Source of the DNA: an uncultured Clostridia bacterium
GTDB lineage: Bacteria; Bacillota; Clostridia; TANB77; CAG-508
Reading direction: 5' to 3'
DNA length: 64,000 nt
Assembly (NCBI GenBank): GCA_947631785.1
Contig: CANRMR010000004.1
Location: 1,638 to 65,637 of the forward strand
Position 1 is the first letter of the stretch. Each line of letters opens with the position of its first letter. The notes below the pieces were generated by a model that did not search any database, was not told where the DNA came from, and was given only the letters and a program-made list of their open reading frames with translations. Of this stretch, positions 22,533 to 33,263 are shown in pieces. The position numbers and the translations under genes are program-made.

Positions 22533-23417
22533 TTATTTTTTCATAAGTTCTGAAATTGCTTTTTGGTATTCTTCTTTATTTGTTGCCTTTCCATGCCACT
22601 CTACTTTATTTTCCATATAAGAGACTCCTTTTCCTTTTATTGTTTTTGCAATAATTGCTGTTGGTTTTTCTTTAACCTTTTTTGCTTCTTCAAAGGCTTC
22701 TATTATTTGCATAAAATCGTGACCATTTATTGTAATTGTATGAAAACCAAAGCTCTTAAATTTTTCTTCAATTGGATATGAATTCATAACTTTATCTATT
22801 TCTCCATCTATTTGCAAATTATTGTTGTCTACAATTACACATAAATTATCTAATTTATAATGGGCTGATGTCATTGCAGCTTCCCATATTTGGCCTTCTT
22901 CTATTTCTCCGTCTCCTAACATGCAGTATACTCTAATTTCCTTTTTATCTAATTTTGATGCAAGTGCTATACCATTTGAAACAGAAAGTCCCTGTCCTAA
23001 TGAACCAGTAGACATATCTACTCCAGGTACATTTTTCATATCTGGATGACCTTGAAGTTTTCCATCAATTTTTCTAAAACCTAAAAGTTCTTCTTCTTCA
23101 AAAAAACCTTTTTGTGCCAAGGTTGCATATAATGCTGCTACTGCATGTCCTTTTGATAAAATAAATCTGTCTCTATCTGGATTTTTTGGTTCTTTTGGAT
23201 TAATATTCATTTGATTAAAATATAGTACGGTTAATATATCTGTACAAGATAAAGAACCTCCTGGATGACCAGATTGTGCATTATATACCTGATTAATTAT
23301 TTTTTTTCTAATTTCATTTGAAATTTTTTCTAATTCTTTTATATCTATATTTTTCACTTTTTTCTCCTTAAACTGATTTTCTACTTTTCTTATATCATAC
23401 CCATTTTTATTCGTCAA
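22533..23417 (-). CDS. transketolase, N-terminal subunit (TPP-binding)
   Basis: TPP-binding motifs (GHPGGSLS ... GDGE). Confidence 0.85.
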   Translation of the reverse strand: MTNKNGYDIRKVENQFKEKKVKNIDIKELEKISNEIRKKIINQVYNAQSGHPGGSLSCTDILTVLYFNQMNINPKEPKNPDRDRFILSKGHAVAALYATLAQKGFFEEEELLGFRKIDGKLQGHPDMKNVPGVDMSTGSLGQGLSVSNGIALASKLDKKEIRVYCMLGDGEIEEGQIWEAAMTSAHYKLDNLCVIVDNNNLQIDGEIDKVMNSYPIEEKFKSFGFHTITINGHDFMQIIEAFEEAKKVKEKPTAIIAKTIKGKGVSYMENKVEWHGKATNKEEYQKAISELMKK

Positions 23418-23448
23418 TAATATTTTTTTAATTAAATACTAAAAAAAA

Positions 23449-23475
23449 AGATGTACTTTTTATACATCTCTTTTT
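23449..23475. terminator. Rho-independent terminator (AGATGTA-loop-TACATCT) downstream of the GT2 gene
   Basis: A hairpin with a flanking T-run on the transcribed strand. Confidence 0.5.
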
Positions 23476-23486
23476 ATTATTTAATT

Positions 23487-24719
23487 TTAATCAATTACTT
23501 CATTTATCTTAATATCTCTTACATGTTCTATTTTTTCCCATTTTGTTTCTGGTTTGAATAAACATTTAATATTAATTGCAATCCAAGATGCTAAAAATAT
23601 TGGATAACATAAAAGTCCTTTTGCCATCGGTTTAATTGGCTTTTTATCTAACTTCATTATAATTATTGCAACAAGTATTGGAACAATAAATGTTGGAAGT
23701 AAATACATTAAAATATTAAGAATAAGTTCTCCTGCTGTCATTCCATTTACTGCATAAATTATAAAGTTTAATAATATAAGAGTAAAAGTAATAATAAGCA
23801 TTGGTATTGTTCCTAATATATATAATAAACCATCTAGGTTCATAAATGTTTTCTTTTCTTTTACAGCTTTTGCTAAATCTTTTGTATATGTTTTTAAACA
23901 TTGAATATGTCCTACTGTCCATCTTGAACGTTGTGACCAACTTTGTTTAAATCCAACTGGTTGTTCGTCATATACTATTGCATCTGTTGCCCATCCAAGC
24001 TTGTTTCCAGATATTATTCTTTTTAGTGAAAATTCTATATCTTCTGTTAATGTTTGGGTATCCCAACCATTTGGTTTAATAACATCAAAACGAACCATAA
24101 ATCCTGTACCGTTAATTAATGGTGATAATCCCAAGTTATATCTAGCTAAATGATAAAATCTATTCATCATCCAATAATATATTGCATATCCTGAAGATAC
24201 CCAGCTATCTGTTGGGTTTTTAATGTCTCTATATCCTTGAACTACATCTTCTCCTTGACATAATTTTTTATTCATATTTTTAATAAAATTTTCATTTACA
24301 ATATTGTCTGCATCAAAAACACAAAATGCATCATATGGAGCATCTTCTTCTATTTTTTGTTTTAAAAACCATTGAAGTGCATATCCTTTTGTTTTATGTT
24401 CTTCATCAAATCTTTCATAAACAATGGCTCCTTTTTCCCTTGCAATTTCTGCAGTATTATCTGTACAATTATCTGCTATTACATATATATCAAACATATC
24501 TTTTGGATAATTTTGTTTTTTTAAACTATCTATTAAATTTCCTATTACAGATGCTTCATTATGTGCAGGAATTATTGCCATAAATTTATGATTTTTATTT
24601 ATTTTTAGTGGTTTATCTTTTAATTTTACAAGTGAACATAAACTAACAACTAATTGATATAACCAAAATATTGTTATTATCCAAACCAAAGCTTGTTTTA
24701 GGATATATAAATATTCCAT
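23487..24719 (-). CDS. family 2 glycosyltransferase, membrane-bound (PgaC/IcaA-like processive GT2)
   Basis: N-terminal TM segment, a GT2 catalytic domain (DNCTDNT ... QRSRW motif), and C-terminal TM segments. Confidence 0.75.
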   Translation of the reverse strand: MEYLYILKQALVWIITIFWLYQLVVSLCSLVKLKDKPLKINKNHKFMAIIPAHNEASVIGNLIDSLKKQNYPKDMFDIYVIADNCTDNTAEIAREKGAIVYERFDEEHKTKGYALQWFLKQKIEEDAPYDAFCVFDADNIVNENFIKNMNKKLCQGEDVVQGYRDIKNPTDSWVSSGYAIYYWMMNRFYHLARYNLGLSPLINGTGFMVRFDVIKPNGWDTQTLTEDIEFSLKRIISGNKLGWATDAIVYDEQPVGFKQSWSQRSRWTVGHIQCLKTYTKDLAKAVKEKKTFMNLDGLLYILGTIPMLIITFTLILLNFIIYAVNGMTAGELILNILMYLLPTFIVPILVAIIIMKLDKKPIKPMAKGLLCYPIFLASWIAINIKCLFKPETKWEKIEHVRDIKINEVID

Positions 24720-24857
24720 CTATTTCCCCTCTCTTTATTAATTATATTATTATTTTATTCTTTCTACATTATATTATACTATTATTTATAGAAATGTACA
24801 AATAAATATTTTGCATTAAGAACTAAAATTTACATACAATAACAAAGCATACAAATT

Positions 24858-26975
24858 TTATTTATCATCTTCTGATTCATCTATATCTTTTTTAGTTAAA
24901 TTTATTCTTCCTTGTTCATCAATTTCGTAAACTTTAACTTTTACTATATCTCCCTCTTTTAGTACATCTTCTACTTTTTCAATTCTTTTTTTAGAAATTT
25001 TTGAAATGTGTAATAATCCTTCTTTTCCTTGTCCTAGGTCTACAAATGCTCCAAATGGCATTATTTTTGTAACTACCCCTTCATATATTCCATCTACTTC
25101 AATTTCTTTTACAATTTCTTTAATCATTTCTAAAGCTTTATTTCCATTTTCTGCATCATTTGCATAAATATACACCATTCCATCTTCTTCTATATCTATT
25201 TTTACTCCTGTTTCATCAATAATTTTGTTAATCATTTTTCCACCAGGACCTATTACATCACGAATTTTTTCTATTTTAATTTGTGTTTTTATAATATTTG
25301 GTGCATATTTTGAAATTTCTTCTCTAGGCTTATCGATTTGTTTTAACATAATTTCATCTAAAATATACATTCTAGCTTTTTGTGTTCTTTCAAATGCTTC
25401 TTCTATTATTTTATAACTTAATCCATCTACTTTAATATCTACTTGTATTGCAGTTATTCCATTTTTAGTTCCACCTACTTTAAAGTCCATATCTCCAAAA
25501 AAGTCTTCTAATCCTTGTATATCTGTTAGCATTACGTAGTTATCTGGATTTTCTGGATCAGTTACAAGTCCTGTAGAAATTCCCGCTACTGGTTCTTTAA
25601 TTGGAACACCTGCATCCATTAATGCCAATGTGCTTCCGCAAATGCTTGCTTGTGAAGTAGAACCATTAGAACTTAATACCTCAGATACAACACGAATTGC
25701 ATATGGGAATTCTTCTTTAGATGGAAGTACTGGTACTAATGCTTTTTCAGCTAATGCACCATGTCCAATTTCACGTCTTCCAGGTCCTCTTGATGGTCTA
25801 GCTTCACCAACAGAATATGCTGGAAAATTATATTGATGCATATATCTTTTACTTTCTTGCTCATCAATTCCATCTAGTATTTGTTCTTCACTAATCATGC
25901 CTAATGTTGCAATTGACATTACTTGTGTTTGACCTCTTGTAAATAAGCTACTTCCATGTACTCTTGGAAGTATTCCTACTTCACATGACAATGGTCTTAT
26001 TTCATCTAATTTTCTTCCATCTGGTCTTTTATGTTCTTTAAAAATCATTTCTCTAACACATTTTTTTTCTAACTTATATAATGCTTCTGCAATATCTGTA
26101 AGTTTTTCTTCTGTTTGTTCTTCTCCATATTTTGCAGTATAATCATTTATTACATCTTCTTTTATTTTATCCATGTTAGCATCTCTTATTTCTTTATCTT
26201 GAGCTTGTACATCTTTATACATTCTTTCTTTATAGTTTTGCTCAATTTCTTCATATACTTCATGGTCTACTTCAAAAGATTTGTACTCAAATTTAGGTTT
26301 TCCTATTTCTTCTTTAATTTTACTTATGAAATCACAAATTTTCTTAATTTCAACATGTCCTTTTTTTATTGCATCTAGCATAATTGCATTTGGTATTTCA
26401 TCTGCTCCTGCTTCTATCATTGCTATTTTTTCTTTTGTTCCTGCAACTGTTAAATTTAATTTTGATTTTTCTCTTTGACTTAAAGTAGGATTAATAACAA
26501 TTTCTCCATCTACATATCCTACATTTACTGCAGCTGTTGGTCCTCCAAATGGAATGTCTGATATAGAAAGTGCACATGATGCACCAATCATTGCTGCAAC
26601 TTCTGGTGAATTATCTTGATCTACAGATAATACTGTTGCTACAACACATACATCATTTCTAAAGTCTTTTGGGAATAATGGTCTAAGTGGTCTGTCTATT
26701 GCTCTTGATGTAAGTATTGCTTTATCTGCTGGTTTACCTTCTCTTTTTTGGTAACTTCCTGGTATTTTACCTACTGCATATAGTTTTTCTTCGTAATCTA
26801 CAGAAAGTGGAAAAAAGTCTATCCCATCTCTTGGTTCTTTTGATGCAGTTACATTTACCATAACAACAGTATCACCATATCTTACCATTACACTTCCATT
26901 TGCAAGTTCTGCAATTTTTCCATTTTCTATAATTAATTTTCTTCCTGCAAGCTCTGTTTCAAATGTTTTAAACAT
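24858..26975 (-). CDS. pnp: polyribonucleotide nucleotidyltransferase (PNPase)
   Basis: Two RNase PH domains plus KH and S1 domains. The start is MFKTFETELAGRK after an AAGGAGAG RBS. Confidence 0.95.
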   Translation of the reverse strand: MFKTFETELAGRKLIIENGKIAELANGSVMVRYGDTVVMVNVTASKEPRDGIDFFPLSVDYEEKLYAVGKIPGSYQKREGKPADKAILTSRAIDRPLRPLFPKDFRNDVCVVATVLSVDQDNSPEVAAMIGASCALSISDIPFGGPTAAVNVGYVDGEIVINPTLSQREKSKLNLTVAGTKEKIAMIEAGADEIPNAIMLDAIKKGHVEIKKICDFISKIKEEIGKPKFEYKSFEVDHEVYEEIEQNYKERMYKDVQAQDKEIRDANMDKIKEDVINDYTAKYGEEQTEEKLTDIAEALYKLEKKCVREMIFKEHKRPDGRKLDEIRPLSCEVGILPRVHGSSLFTRGQTQVMSIATLGMISEEQILDGIDEQESKRYMHQYNFPAYSVGEARPSRGPGRREIGHGALAEKALVPVLPSKEEFPYAIRVVSEVLSSNGSTSQASICGSTLALMDAGVPIKEPVAGISTGLVTDPENPDNYVMLTDIQGLEDFFGDMDFKVGGTKNGITAIQVDIKVDGLSYKIIEEAFERTQKARMYILDEIMLKQIDKPREEISKYAPNIIKTQIKIEKIRDVIGPGGKMINKIIDETGVKIDIEEDGMVYIYANDAENGNKALEMIKEIVKEIEVDGIYEGVVTKIMPFGAFVDLGQGKEGLLHISKISKKRIEKVEDVLKEGDIVKVKVYEIDEQGRINLTKKDIDESEDDK

Positions 26976-27171
26976 ATTATCTCTCCTTCTTTTTTTGCAC
27001 AAATTAGATGTAACCTCTATAATAAATTAATGAAAATTAGTTTATTATACAAGCTACTGTCTAATTTTATGCATTATAATTATTTTTTCTTCATTTTTCT
27101 TTTTTTATTCTAGTCTTAATTATATAAACTTTAGGACGTAAGCTTTTTAGCCAACGCCCTATATGCCTATA

Positions 27172-27435
27172 TTATTTTCTTAATCCTAATTTTTCAACGA
27201 TATCTCTATATCTTTGAATATCTTTTTTTGCTAAGTAATTAAGTAAATTTCTTCTTTTACCTACCATTTTTAAAAGTCCTCTTCTTGAATGGTTATCTTT
27301 TTTATGAACTTTTAAGTGTTCTGTTAGCTCTGTAATTCTTTCTGTTAAAAGTGCAATTTGAACTTCAGGTGAACCTGTATCATTTGCATCTCTTTTATAA
27401 GTTTCAATTATTTCTTGTTTTCTTTCTTTAGTCAT
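27172..27435 (-). CDS. rpsO: 30S ribosomal protein S15
   Basis: [34 protein letters not shown] ... with a GGAGGTG RBS. Confidence 0.95.
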   Translation of the reverse strand: MTKERKQEIIETYKRDANDTGSPEVQIALLTERITELTEHLKVHKKDNHSRRGLLKMVGKRRNLLNYLAKKDIQRYRDIVEKLGLRK

Positions 27436-27606
27436 AATATACACCTCCTATTTATCTTTATATGCCTTAAACTGAGCTTTAAGTGGTGTTATGTTCCTTA
27501 AGCCAAGTATAAGGTAATTTTTTTGCACTACTATTGTACAACATTTTTTAAAAAAAAGCAATATTTATTTAAATTTTTTTGCAAATATGTGTTGTAATTT
27601 AATTTT

Positions 27607-28410
27607 TTATCTTATTATGCATAATGCTATTATAAATAATCCAAATATTACTCTATATATTGCAAAGACTTTAAAACTTCCTTTTTGTAAATATTGTAAT
27701 AAAAATTTTATTACAACTAATCCTACCACAAAACTTGCAAGTATCCCTAAAAAGAATGGAACACTAAATACAAAATCTTTTAGTTTAAATATTGTTGCAG
27801 CAAGTACTATTGGTGCAGATAGCATAAATGAATATTTAGCAGCTGATGTTCTATCTACTTTCATTAATCTTGCTGTTGTCATTGTTATTCCTGAACGTGA
27901 AACTCCTGGAATGAATGCTAAACTTTGCGAAAGTCCTATTAAAAATGTTTGTTTTAATGTCATGTCTTTATATTTAGTTTTGCTTTTGCATTTGCTATCT
28001 ACTATGTATAATATAATTCCCATAATAATTAGTGCAACTGCCATAATTATTGGTGTTTTTAATTTGTCTTCTAAAAAATGGTCTAATATAAATCCTATTA
28101 TTCCTCCTGGAATAGTTGCAATTACAATGTACCAAAACATTCTTCCTTCTACTGTTTTTTCTTTTTTTACAGCTAACTTATATCCACCTTTAATTAGCTC
28201 TATCCAGTCTTTACAGAAAAATATAGCTATTGCAAGTAGTGTTCCTGCATGAAGTGCAACATCAAATGCTTCAAATGATTTTACAAAGTCTGGATTTTGA
28301 GTCCAATTAAATATCCATGGAATTAAATTTAAATGTGCAGAACTAGATATTGGTAATAATTCTGTTAATCCTTGTACTATTCCTAATATAATTGCTTGAA
28401 ATATGCTCAT
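27607..28410 (-). CDS. uppP: undecaprenyl-diphosphate phosphatase
   Basis: BacA/UppP motifs (GLTELLPISSSAHL; PGVSRSG). Confidence 0.9.
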   Translation of the reverse strand: MSIFQAIILGIVQGLTELLPISSSAHLNLIPWIFNWTQNPDFVKSFEAFDVALHAGTLLAIAIFFCKDWIELIKGGYKLAVKKEKTVEGRMFWYIVIATIPGGIIGFILDHFLEDKLKTPIIMAVALIIMGIILYIVDSKCKSKTKYKDMTLKQTFLIGLSQSLAFIPGVSRSGITMTTARLMKVDRTSAAKYSFMLSAPIVLAATIFKLKDFVFSVPFFLGILASFVVGLVVIKFLLQYLQKGSFKVFAIYRVIFGLFIIALCIIR

Positions 28411-28431
28411 TTTATTTTCTTCCTTTCTTTT

Positions 28432-29289
28432 TTACATTTCTTTGAATATATTGTATAATGTATCTTTTATATATTCTGCTGATGTAACTGGTGCAACTTT
28501 ACCTGGTATTGAAAGTGCCCAAACAAATTTTAAGTTTTGTTTTTTTACTTCCTTTTTATCAATTCCTCCTGGATTTGATGCAAGATCAATTAAAAGACAA
28601 TCTTTTTTTACTTTACTTAGATTTGTTTCGTTTAATACAACAAAAGGAATAGTATTTATTATTATATCAAATTCATTAAGGTGTTCGTCTAAATTATTTA
28701 AATGTATTGGATTATATCCATATGCTTTTATCCATGCAAGGTCTGCGGGTTTTCTTGCTTCACATGATACATTTGCACCTATTCCCTGTAACATGTGAGA
28801 AAGAACTTTTCCAATTCTTCCAAATCCCATAACTAATACATTACTTCTATGCAAAGTTCTTGCTGTTTGTTCTATTGCAATTTGTATTGCTCCTTCTGCA
28901 GTTGAAATTGCATTTAATACTGCTAGTTCTTCTCTTTTTAGCATATCTATTACTTGTATATTTTTTTCTTCTAAAGATTTTAATGTATCTTGCCTTATTG
29001 CCCCTGCAATAAATGTTTTATCTTCTAAATTTTTTATTATATCCTTAATTAATATTTCATTTTTACTAAATGGTGCATTTATTGTTTCTCCATTACTAGA
29101 TAGCGGAATTGGTGCAATTACAATTTCTGAATTTTTTATCGCTTCTTCTAAAGTATTACACACTATGCCAAAATTGTTTTCTGCTTTTTCTAATCCATAA
29201 GTATATACAAATATTCCATCTTTTTTTAGCATTTCTACTAAAGTAACAAGTCTTAAATCTCCTCCTATTACTGAAATTTTGTTTAACAC
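28432..29289 (-). CDS. dipicolinate synthase subunit A-like NAD(P)-binding protein (DpaA/SpoVFA family); no dpaB adjacent
   Basis: Rossmann fold (VMGFGRIGK) with a DpaA-like N-terminal domain. Confidence 0.55.
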   Translation of the reverse strand: MLNKISVIGGDLRLVTLVEMLKKDGIFVYTYGLEKAENNFGIVCNTLEEAIKNSEIVIAPIPLSSNGETINAPFSKNEILIKDIIKNLEDKTFIAGAIRQDTLKSLEEKNIQVIDMLKREELAVLNAISTAEGAIQIAIEQTARTLHRSNVLVMGFGRIGKVLSHMLQGIGANVSCEARKPADLAWIKAYGYNPIHLNNLDEHLNEFDIIINTIPFVVLNETNLSKVKKDCLLIDLASNPGGIDKKEVKKQNLKFVWALSIPGKVAPVTSAEYIKDTLYNIFKEM

Positions 29290-29347
29290 TTAAATCACTC
29301 TCCCTTTGTATTTCATTATATTTATTTTTCTTATGTTTTATGTATTT

Positions 29348-30544
29348 TTATTCTCTTTCTTTCCCTATATCTTTTTGTTTATTTTTTTGTATACTTATTT
29401 TAAATTCATTATTACTTAAATTACCAGACAATTTATAAGTATCTTCTAAATGTTTTTTTAATTTTATTTCTTTATTTGTTAATTTTGTTTCTTTTTCATT
29501 TATATCTTCTAAATTTGGAAAATGTAATAAACTTTTTATTGGAATAAATAAAGGTTCTTTGTTTGCTATATCTGCATAAGAATTATCTGTATCTATTGCT
29601 GCATTTAAAAATTTAATTGCATTTTCTTTATCTCCATTTATCATATAAATTTTAGCAAGTTTATAATAAGAATCCGCTTCTTGTTCTTCACCTTGCAAGC
29701 TTTTTTGAAAATACTTTTCTGCCTCCTCTAAATCACCCGAAATTAAATATATTTGTCCTATATTATAATATGCATTATATAATATTGCATTAATTTCTGC
29801 AGCTTTTTTATAAAACATCATTGCATTTGAAAAATCATTTTGCATTGTATATGCCATCGCAATATGATAATATAATTCATAATTTTTTGGATCATATTTT
29901 AAAGCTTCTGTATATATACGTATTGCCTCTTTGGTTCTATCTTGTTCACACAAAATATCACCCAATAAAAATGTAGCATCTTTTCTTTCTGGTTTCTTTT
30001 TTAGCAAATCCTCCAAAATTACAATTGCATCTTCTTTTTTATCTAATTCGTTTAATAATAGTCCTACCTTATAATACGAATCATAATCTTTACTATCTAT
30101 ATCAATTACTTTTATGTATTCATCTAATGCTCTTCTCATTCCGCCTTCTTTTTCATAAATTTGTGCTAAATTTTTATGTCCTTTTACATTTTGAGGATAT
30201 TTATTTAATAAAAGAATTAAAAATGCTTTTGCTTGTTTATTATTTTTAAACAATATACATGCTTTTGCAAGTCCAATATATAGTATTTCTGAAAATATAT
30301 ATCCTTTTGCTTCTAATAGTATAACTATAATTGGTATGATAACAGCTAATATGTACATTATTGTTTTTAATACTATACCAGCTTTTAAGTTAAATATTAT
30401 TTCTATAAAATTTATAGCAATGCCTATTGCAGAAATTGCAAGTATTATTACATAATTTGCATCATTTTTCTTTATCATTTTAAAAAATATTATAATAAAT
30501 AAAGCAAATGCTATCATATTAAAAATTAATTTTTCAATTAACAT
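29348..30544 (-). CDS. TPR-repeat protein with N-terminal transmembrane segments
   Basis: Three N-terminal TM segments followed by multiple TPR units (AxxYYNxGxxY pattern). Confidence 0.6.
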   Translation of the reverse strand: MLIEKLIFNMIAFALFIIIFFKMIKKNDANYVIILAISAIGIAINFIEIIFNLKAGIVLKTIMYILAVIIPIIVILLEAKGYIFSEILYIGLAKACILFKNNKQAKAFLILLLNKYPQNVKGHKNLAQIYEKEGGMRRALDEYIKVIDIDSKDYDSYYKVGLLLNELDKKEDAIVILEDLLKKKPERKDATFLLGDILCEQDRTKEAIRIYTEALKYDPKNYELYYHIAMAYTMQNDFSNAMMFYKKAAEINAILYNAYYNIGQIYLISGDLEEAEKYFQKSLQGEEQEADSYYKLAKIYMINGDKENAIKFLNAAIDTDNSYADIANKEPLFIPIKSLLHFPNLEDINEKETKLTNKEIKLKKHLEDTYKLSGNLSNNEFKISIQKNKQKDIGKERE

Positions 30545-30563
30545 TTTTTTACCTTTCTTTTTT

Positions 30564-31382
30564 TTATATTTTTATTGTTTTTTTGGTAATTGAGAATAAA
30601 ACAAGCATAATTGCATTTGTTACAACAATACATGCACCTGTTGGTACTGAGTATACATATGATAAAATCACACCAAAAAATAAACAAATTACAGATATTA
30701 TTCCAGATGTTATAACTACACTTTTAAAAGTTTTGCACACTCTCATTGCTGTTAGGCTAGGAAATATAATTAGACTTGAAATTAGCATAGTTCCCATCAT
30801 TCTCATTCCTATTACAATTGTAATTGCTGTAAGTATTGACAAAACAATTTTAAATCTATTTGCTTTTATTCCTGTAGCTTTGGCAAAGTCTTCATCAAAA
30901 GTTATTGCAAACATTTTATTATAAAATAGTATAAATATAACTAATACAAATAAAGAAAGAATAACACTAAGTATAATATCTGATTGATTCATTGCTAAAA
31001 TATTTCCAAACATATAGCTATTTATATCTGTATTAATTCCTTTTGATAAAGAAATGGTAATCACACCAATTGCAATAGATACTGTAGATATTAGTCCAAT
31101 TGCAGCATCTGATTTTATTTTACTATTTTGACTAATATGAAGGAGTATAAATGCTGCAATAATTACAACTGGTATTGCAATATATAGTGGTGCTACATTT
31201 AATGCAAGTGCAATAGATAATGCTCCAAATGCAACATGTGATAGTCCATCTCCTATCATAGAATATTTTTTAAGCACTAGGCTTACTCCTAAAAGCGCTG
31301 CACAAAGTGCAACTAAACTTCCTACTATTAATGCTCTTATCATAAATTCATATGTAAAAATTTCTTCAAACAAATTAACCAT
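30564..31382 (-). CDS. metal (Zn/Mn) ABC transporter permease, ABC-3/ZnuB family
   Basis: A 272-aa polytopic protein of the ABC-3 family, in an operon with ATPase and SBP genes. Confidence 0.8.
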   Translation of the reverse strand: MVNLFEEIFTYEFMIRALIVGSLVALCAALLGVSLVLKKYSMIGDGLSHVAFGALSIALALNVAPLYIAIPVVIIAAFILLHISQNSKIKSDAAIGLISTVSIAIGVITISLSKGINTDINSYMFGNILAMNQSDIILSVILSLFVLVIFILFYNKMFAITFDEDFAKATGIKANRFKIVLSILTAITIVIGMRMMGTMLISSLIIFPSLTAMRVCKTFKSVVITSGIISVICLFFGVILSYVYSVPTGACIVVTNAIMLVLFSITKKTIKI

Positions 31383-32082
31383 GATGACATCCTCCTAAGA
31401 ATAACTTTCCAATTTCGCTTTTTTCATATTCTTTTGGTGTTCCTTCAAATAATAACTTGTTTTTAATATGTATAATTTTGCTTGCATTTTTAATTGCATA
31501 GTTAATATCATGAGATACCATAATTATTGTCATACCCTGTTTATTTATATCTTTTATTTTTTGATACATTTTTTTTGTTATAACTGGATCTAAACCAGAA
31601 ATTGGCTCATCTAGTATTAATAACTTTCTGCTAGCACAAAGAGCTCTTGCAAGTAATACCCTTTGCTGTTGTCCCCCTGATAGTTCTTGGTAAGATTTAT
31701 TTTTTATATTGTCTATTTCAAACTTTTTCATCATTTCTAGTGCTTTTTGTTTATCTTTTTTAGAATAAAAAGGTATTATTTTTTTACTGTTTAAACAACC
31801 CGATAACACTACTTCATATATAGATGCTGGAAAGTTTTTTTGAACTATTGTAGTTTGTGGCAAATAGCCTAGCTCATTGGGTTTTATTCCATTTAAATAT
31901 TTAATTGTTCCTTTTTGTATTTTTTCTAATCCTAAAATACCTTTTACTAAAGTACTTTTTCCTGAACCATTTTCTCCTAAAATGCATACAAAATCACCAT
32001 CTTCTACAGTAAAAGATACATTGTCTACAGCTCTTACATCATCATAATTTATACAAACATTTTCACATTCTAAAATTTTCAT
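31375..32082 (-). CDS. metal ABC transporter ATP-binding protein (ZnuC-like)
   Basis: Walker A (GENGSGKSTL) and LSGGQQQR. Confidence 0.85.
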   Translation of the reverse strand: MKILECENVCINYDDVRAVDNVSFTVEDGDFVCILGENGSGKSTLVKGILGLEKIQKGTIKYLNGIKPNELGYLPQTTIVQKNFPASIYEVVLSGCLNSKKIIPFYSKKDKQKALEMMKKFEIDNIKNKSYQELSGGQQQRVLLARALCASRKLLILDEPISGLDPVITKKMYQKIKDINKQGMTIIMVSHDINYAIKNASKIIHIKNKLLFEGTPKEYEKSEIGKLFLGGCHHG

Positions 32083-32107
32083 TTTTTTATTATCTCACAT
32101 CCTAAAA

Positions 32108-33058
32108 TCAATTAAGACCTTCCTTTAAATTTAATAGATTTTGTTTCATTATTTCTAAATAAGTTATTCCATTTTGAAAATCTTCTTTTGAAACATTATG
32201 TGCAGAATGTAATAATAACATTTTAGCACCTGTTTGGTTTGAAATAGTTTTAGCAACTTGTGGCTCTACTAATTCTTCATAAAAAATTACTGGTATATTT
32301 TCTTTTTGTATAGTACTTATTAATTTTGCAACTGCTTGTGCACTTACTTCAGTTTCTTCATTACAAGAACTATATGCTGCCTCATATTCTAATCCATATC
32401 TTTTTGCTAGGTAGTAAAATGGAAATCTACTTGCAGATACTATTTTTTTTCTTTTTGCATTACCTACTACTTCTTCAAATTGTTCATCTAATTTTTCTAG
32501 TTCTTTTTTATAATTTTTTGCGTTTTCTTCATAATATTCTTTATTTTTTTCATCAACTTTGCATAGTTTTTCTAAAATATTGTCACACATTATACTAGCA
32601 TATTCTAGACTTGTCCAAATATGTGTTTCAAATTGATGTTCTTCATGTTCGTCATTTTTTTCTTCATCTATTTCTTCTATTTTATCTAAAGTTATATTTT
32701 TAGAACAGTCAACTACTTTTTCTTTATCTTTTAATGGAGCTATAATATTTTGTGCCCAAGTCTCCATATATTTTCCTGTATAAATAAATAAATCTGCATT
32801 TTGCACTTTTATTATATCTTGTGGTGATGGTTCATAATTATGGCTTTCTGTCCCTGGTTGTAAAAGCATAGTTACATCTGCTTTATCTTTTGCTATTTGT
32901 TTTGCAAAATCATATACAGGAAAAATAGTTGCAACAATTTGTATTTTATTTTCCTGTTTTTCTTCAGAATTATTTGTTATTCCTATATTTATTGCTCCTA
33001 CAAACAAAAAACAAGATATAAGTATTGGTATTAAAACAGATAAAATTGTTTTTTTCAA
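32108..33058 (-). CDS. metal ABC transporter substrate-binding lipoprotein (ZnuA/TroA family) with a His/Asp/Glu-rich loop
   Basis: TroA-like fold and a DEEKNDEHEEHQFETH loop. The likely start is TTG after AGGAG, giving a lipoprotein signal ending in the lipobox L-I-S-C. The ORF-track N-terminal extension is not supported. Confidence 0.8.
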   Translation of the reverse strand: MKKTILSVLIPILISCFLFVGAINIGITNNSEEKQENKIQIVATIFPVYDFAKQIAKDKADVTMLLQPGTESHNYEPSPQDIIKVQNADLFIYTGKYMETWAQNIIAPLKDKEKVVDCSKNITLDKIEEIDEEKNDEHEEHQFETHIWTSLEYASIMCDNILEKLCKVDEKNKEYYEENAKNYKKELEKLDEQFEEVVGNAKRKKIVSASRFPFYYLAKRYGLEYEAAYSSCNEETEVSAQAVAKLISTIQKENIPVIFYEELVEPQVAKTISNQTGAKMLLLHSAHNVSKEDFQNGITYLEIMKQNLLNLKEGLN

Positions 33059-33220
33059 ATTTTTCTCCTTTTTTCTTCTTTTTTTCCGTATAATAATACC
33101 ATTTTTTTGTAGTTTTGTCAATTTAAATTTGTGTATACATTTACACCTTCTATGTGAACTGTTCTTATTGTTTTATAATTATAACTAGATAATTTTCTGC
33201 CAAATGAATCGAATGTATAA

Positions 33221-33262
33221 GAAAAAACTATTTACTAAATTAAAGTAAATAGTTTTTTTATT
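33221..33262. terminator. Rho-independent terminator (AAACTATTTACT-loop-AGTAAATAGTTT) downstream of spo0A
   Basis: A perfect 12-bp stem with a flanking A/T run. Confidence 0.7.
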
Positions 33263-33263
33263 T

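Noticed and set aside
21495-23417. Transketolase split into two adjacent ORFs, as a possible frameshifted pseudogene
   Set aside because: The N-terminal (TPP-binding) and C-terminal subunits are each complete, with their own starts. This is the normal two-gene transketolase arrangement in clostridia, not a frameshift.
32108-33121. N-terminal extensions in the ORF track (znuA MTKLQ..., tktC MLNYK..., pnp MCKKRRRD..., rpsO MYIM..., hrcA MIIM...)
   Set aside because: Downstream starts with good Shine-Dalgarno spacing and canonical N-termini (lipoprotein signal, MEEKV, MFKTF, MTKERKQ, MLDERKK) are better supported. The extensions lack an RBS.
33059-33220. A Zur box upstream of the znuABC-like operon
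   Set aside because: There is no match to the Firmicutes Zur palindrome (TCGTAAT-N-ATTACGA). Only a downstream spo0A terminator and generic AT-rich sequence are present.
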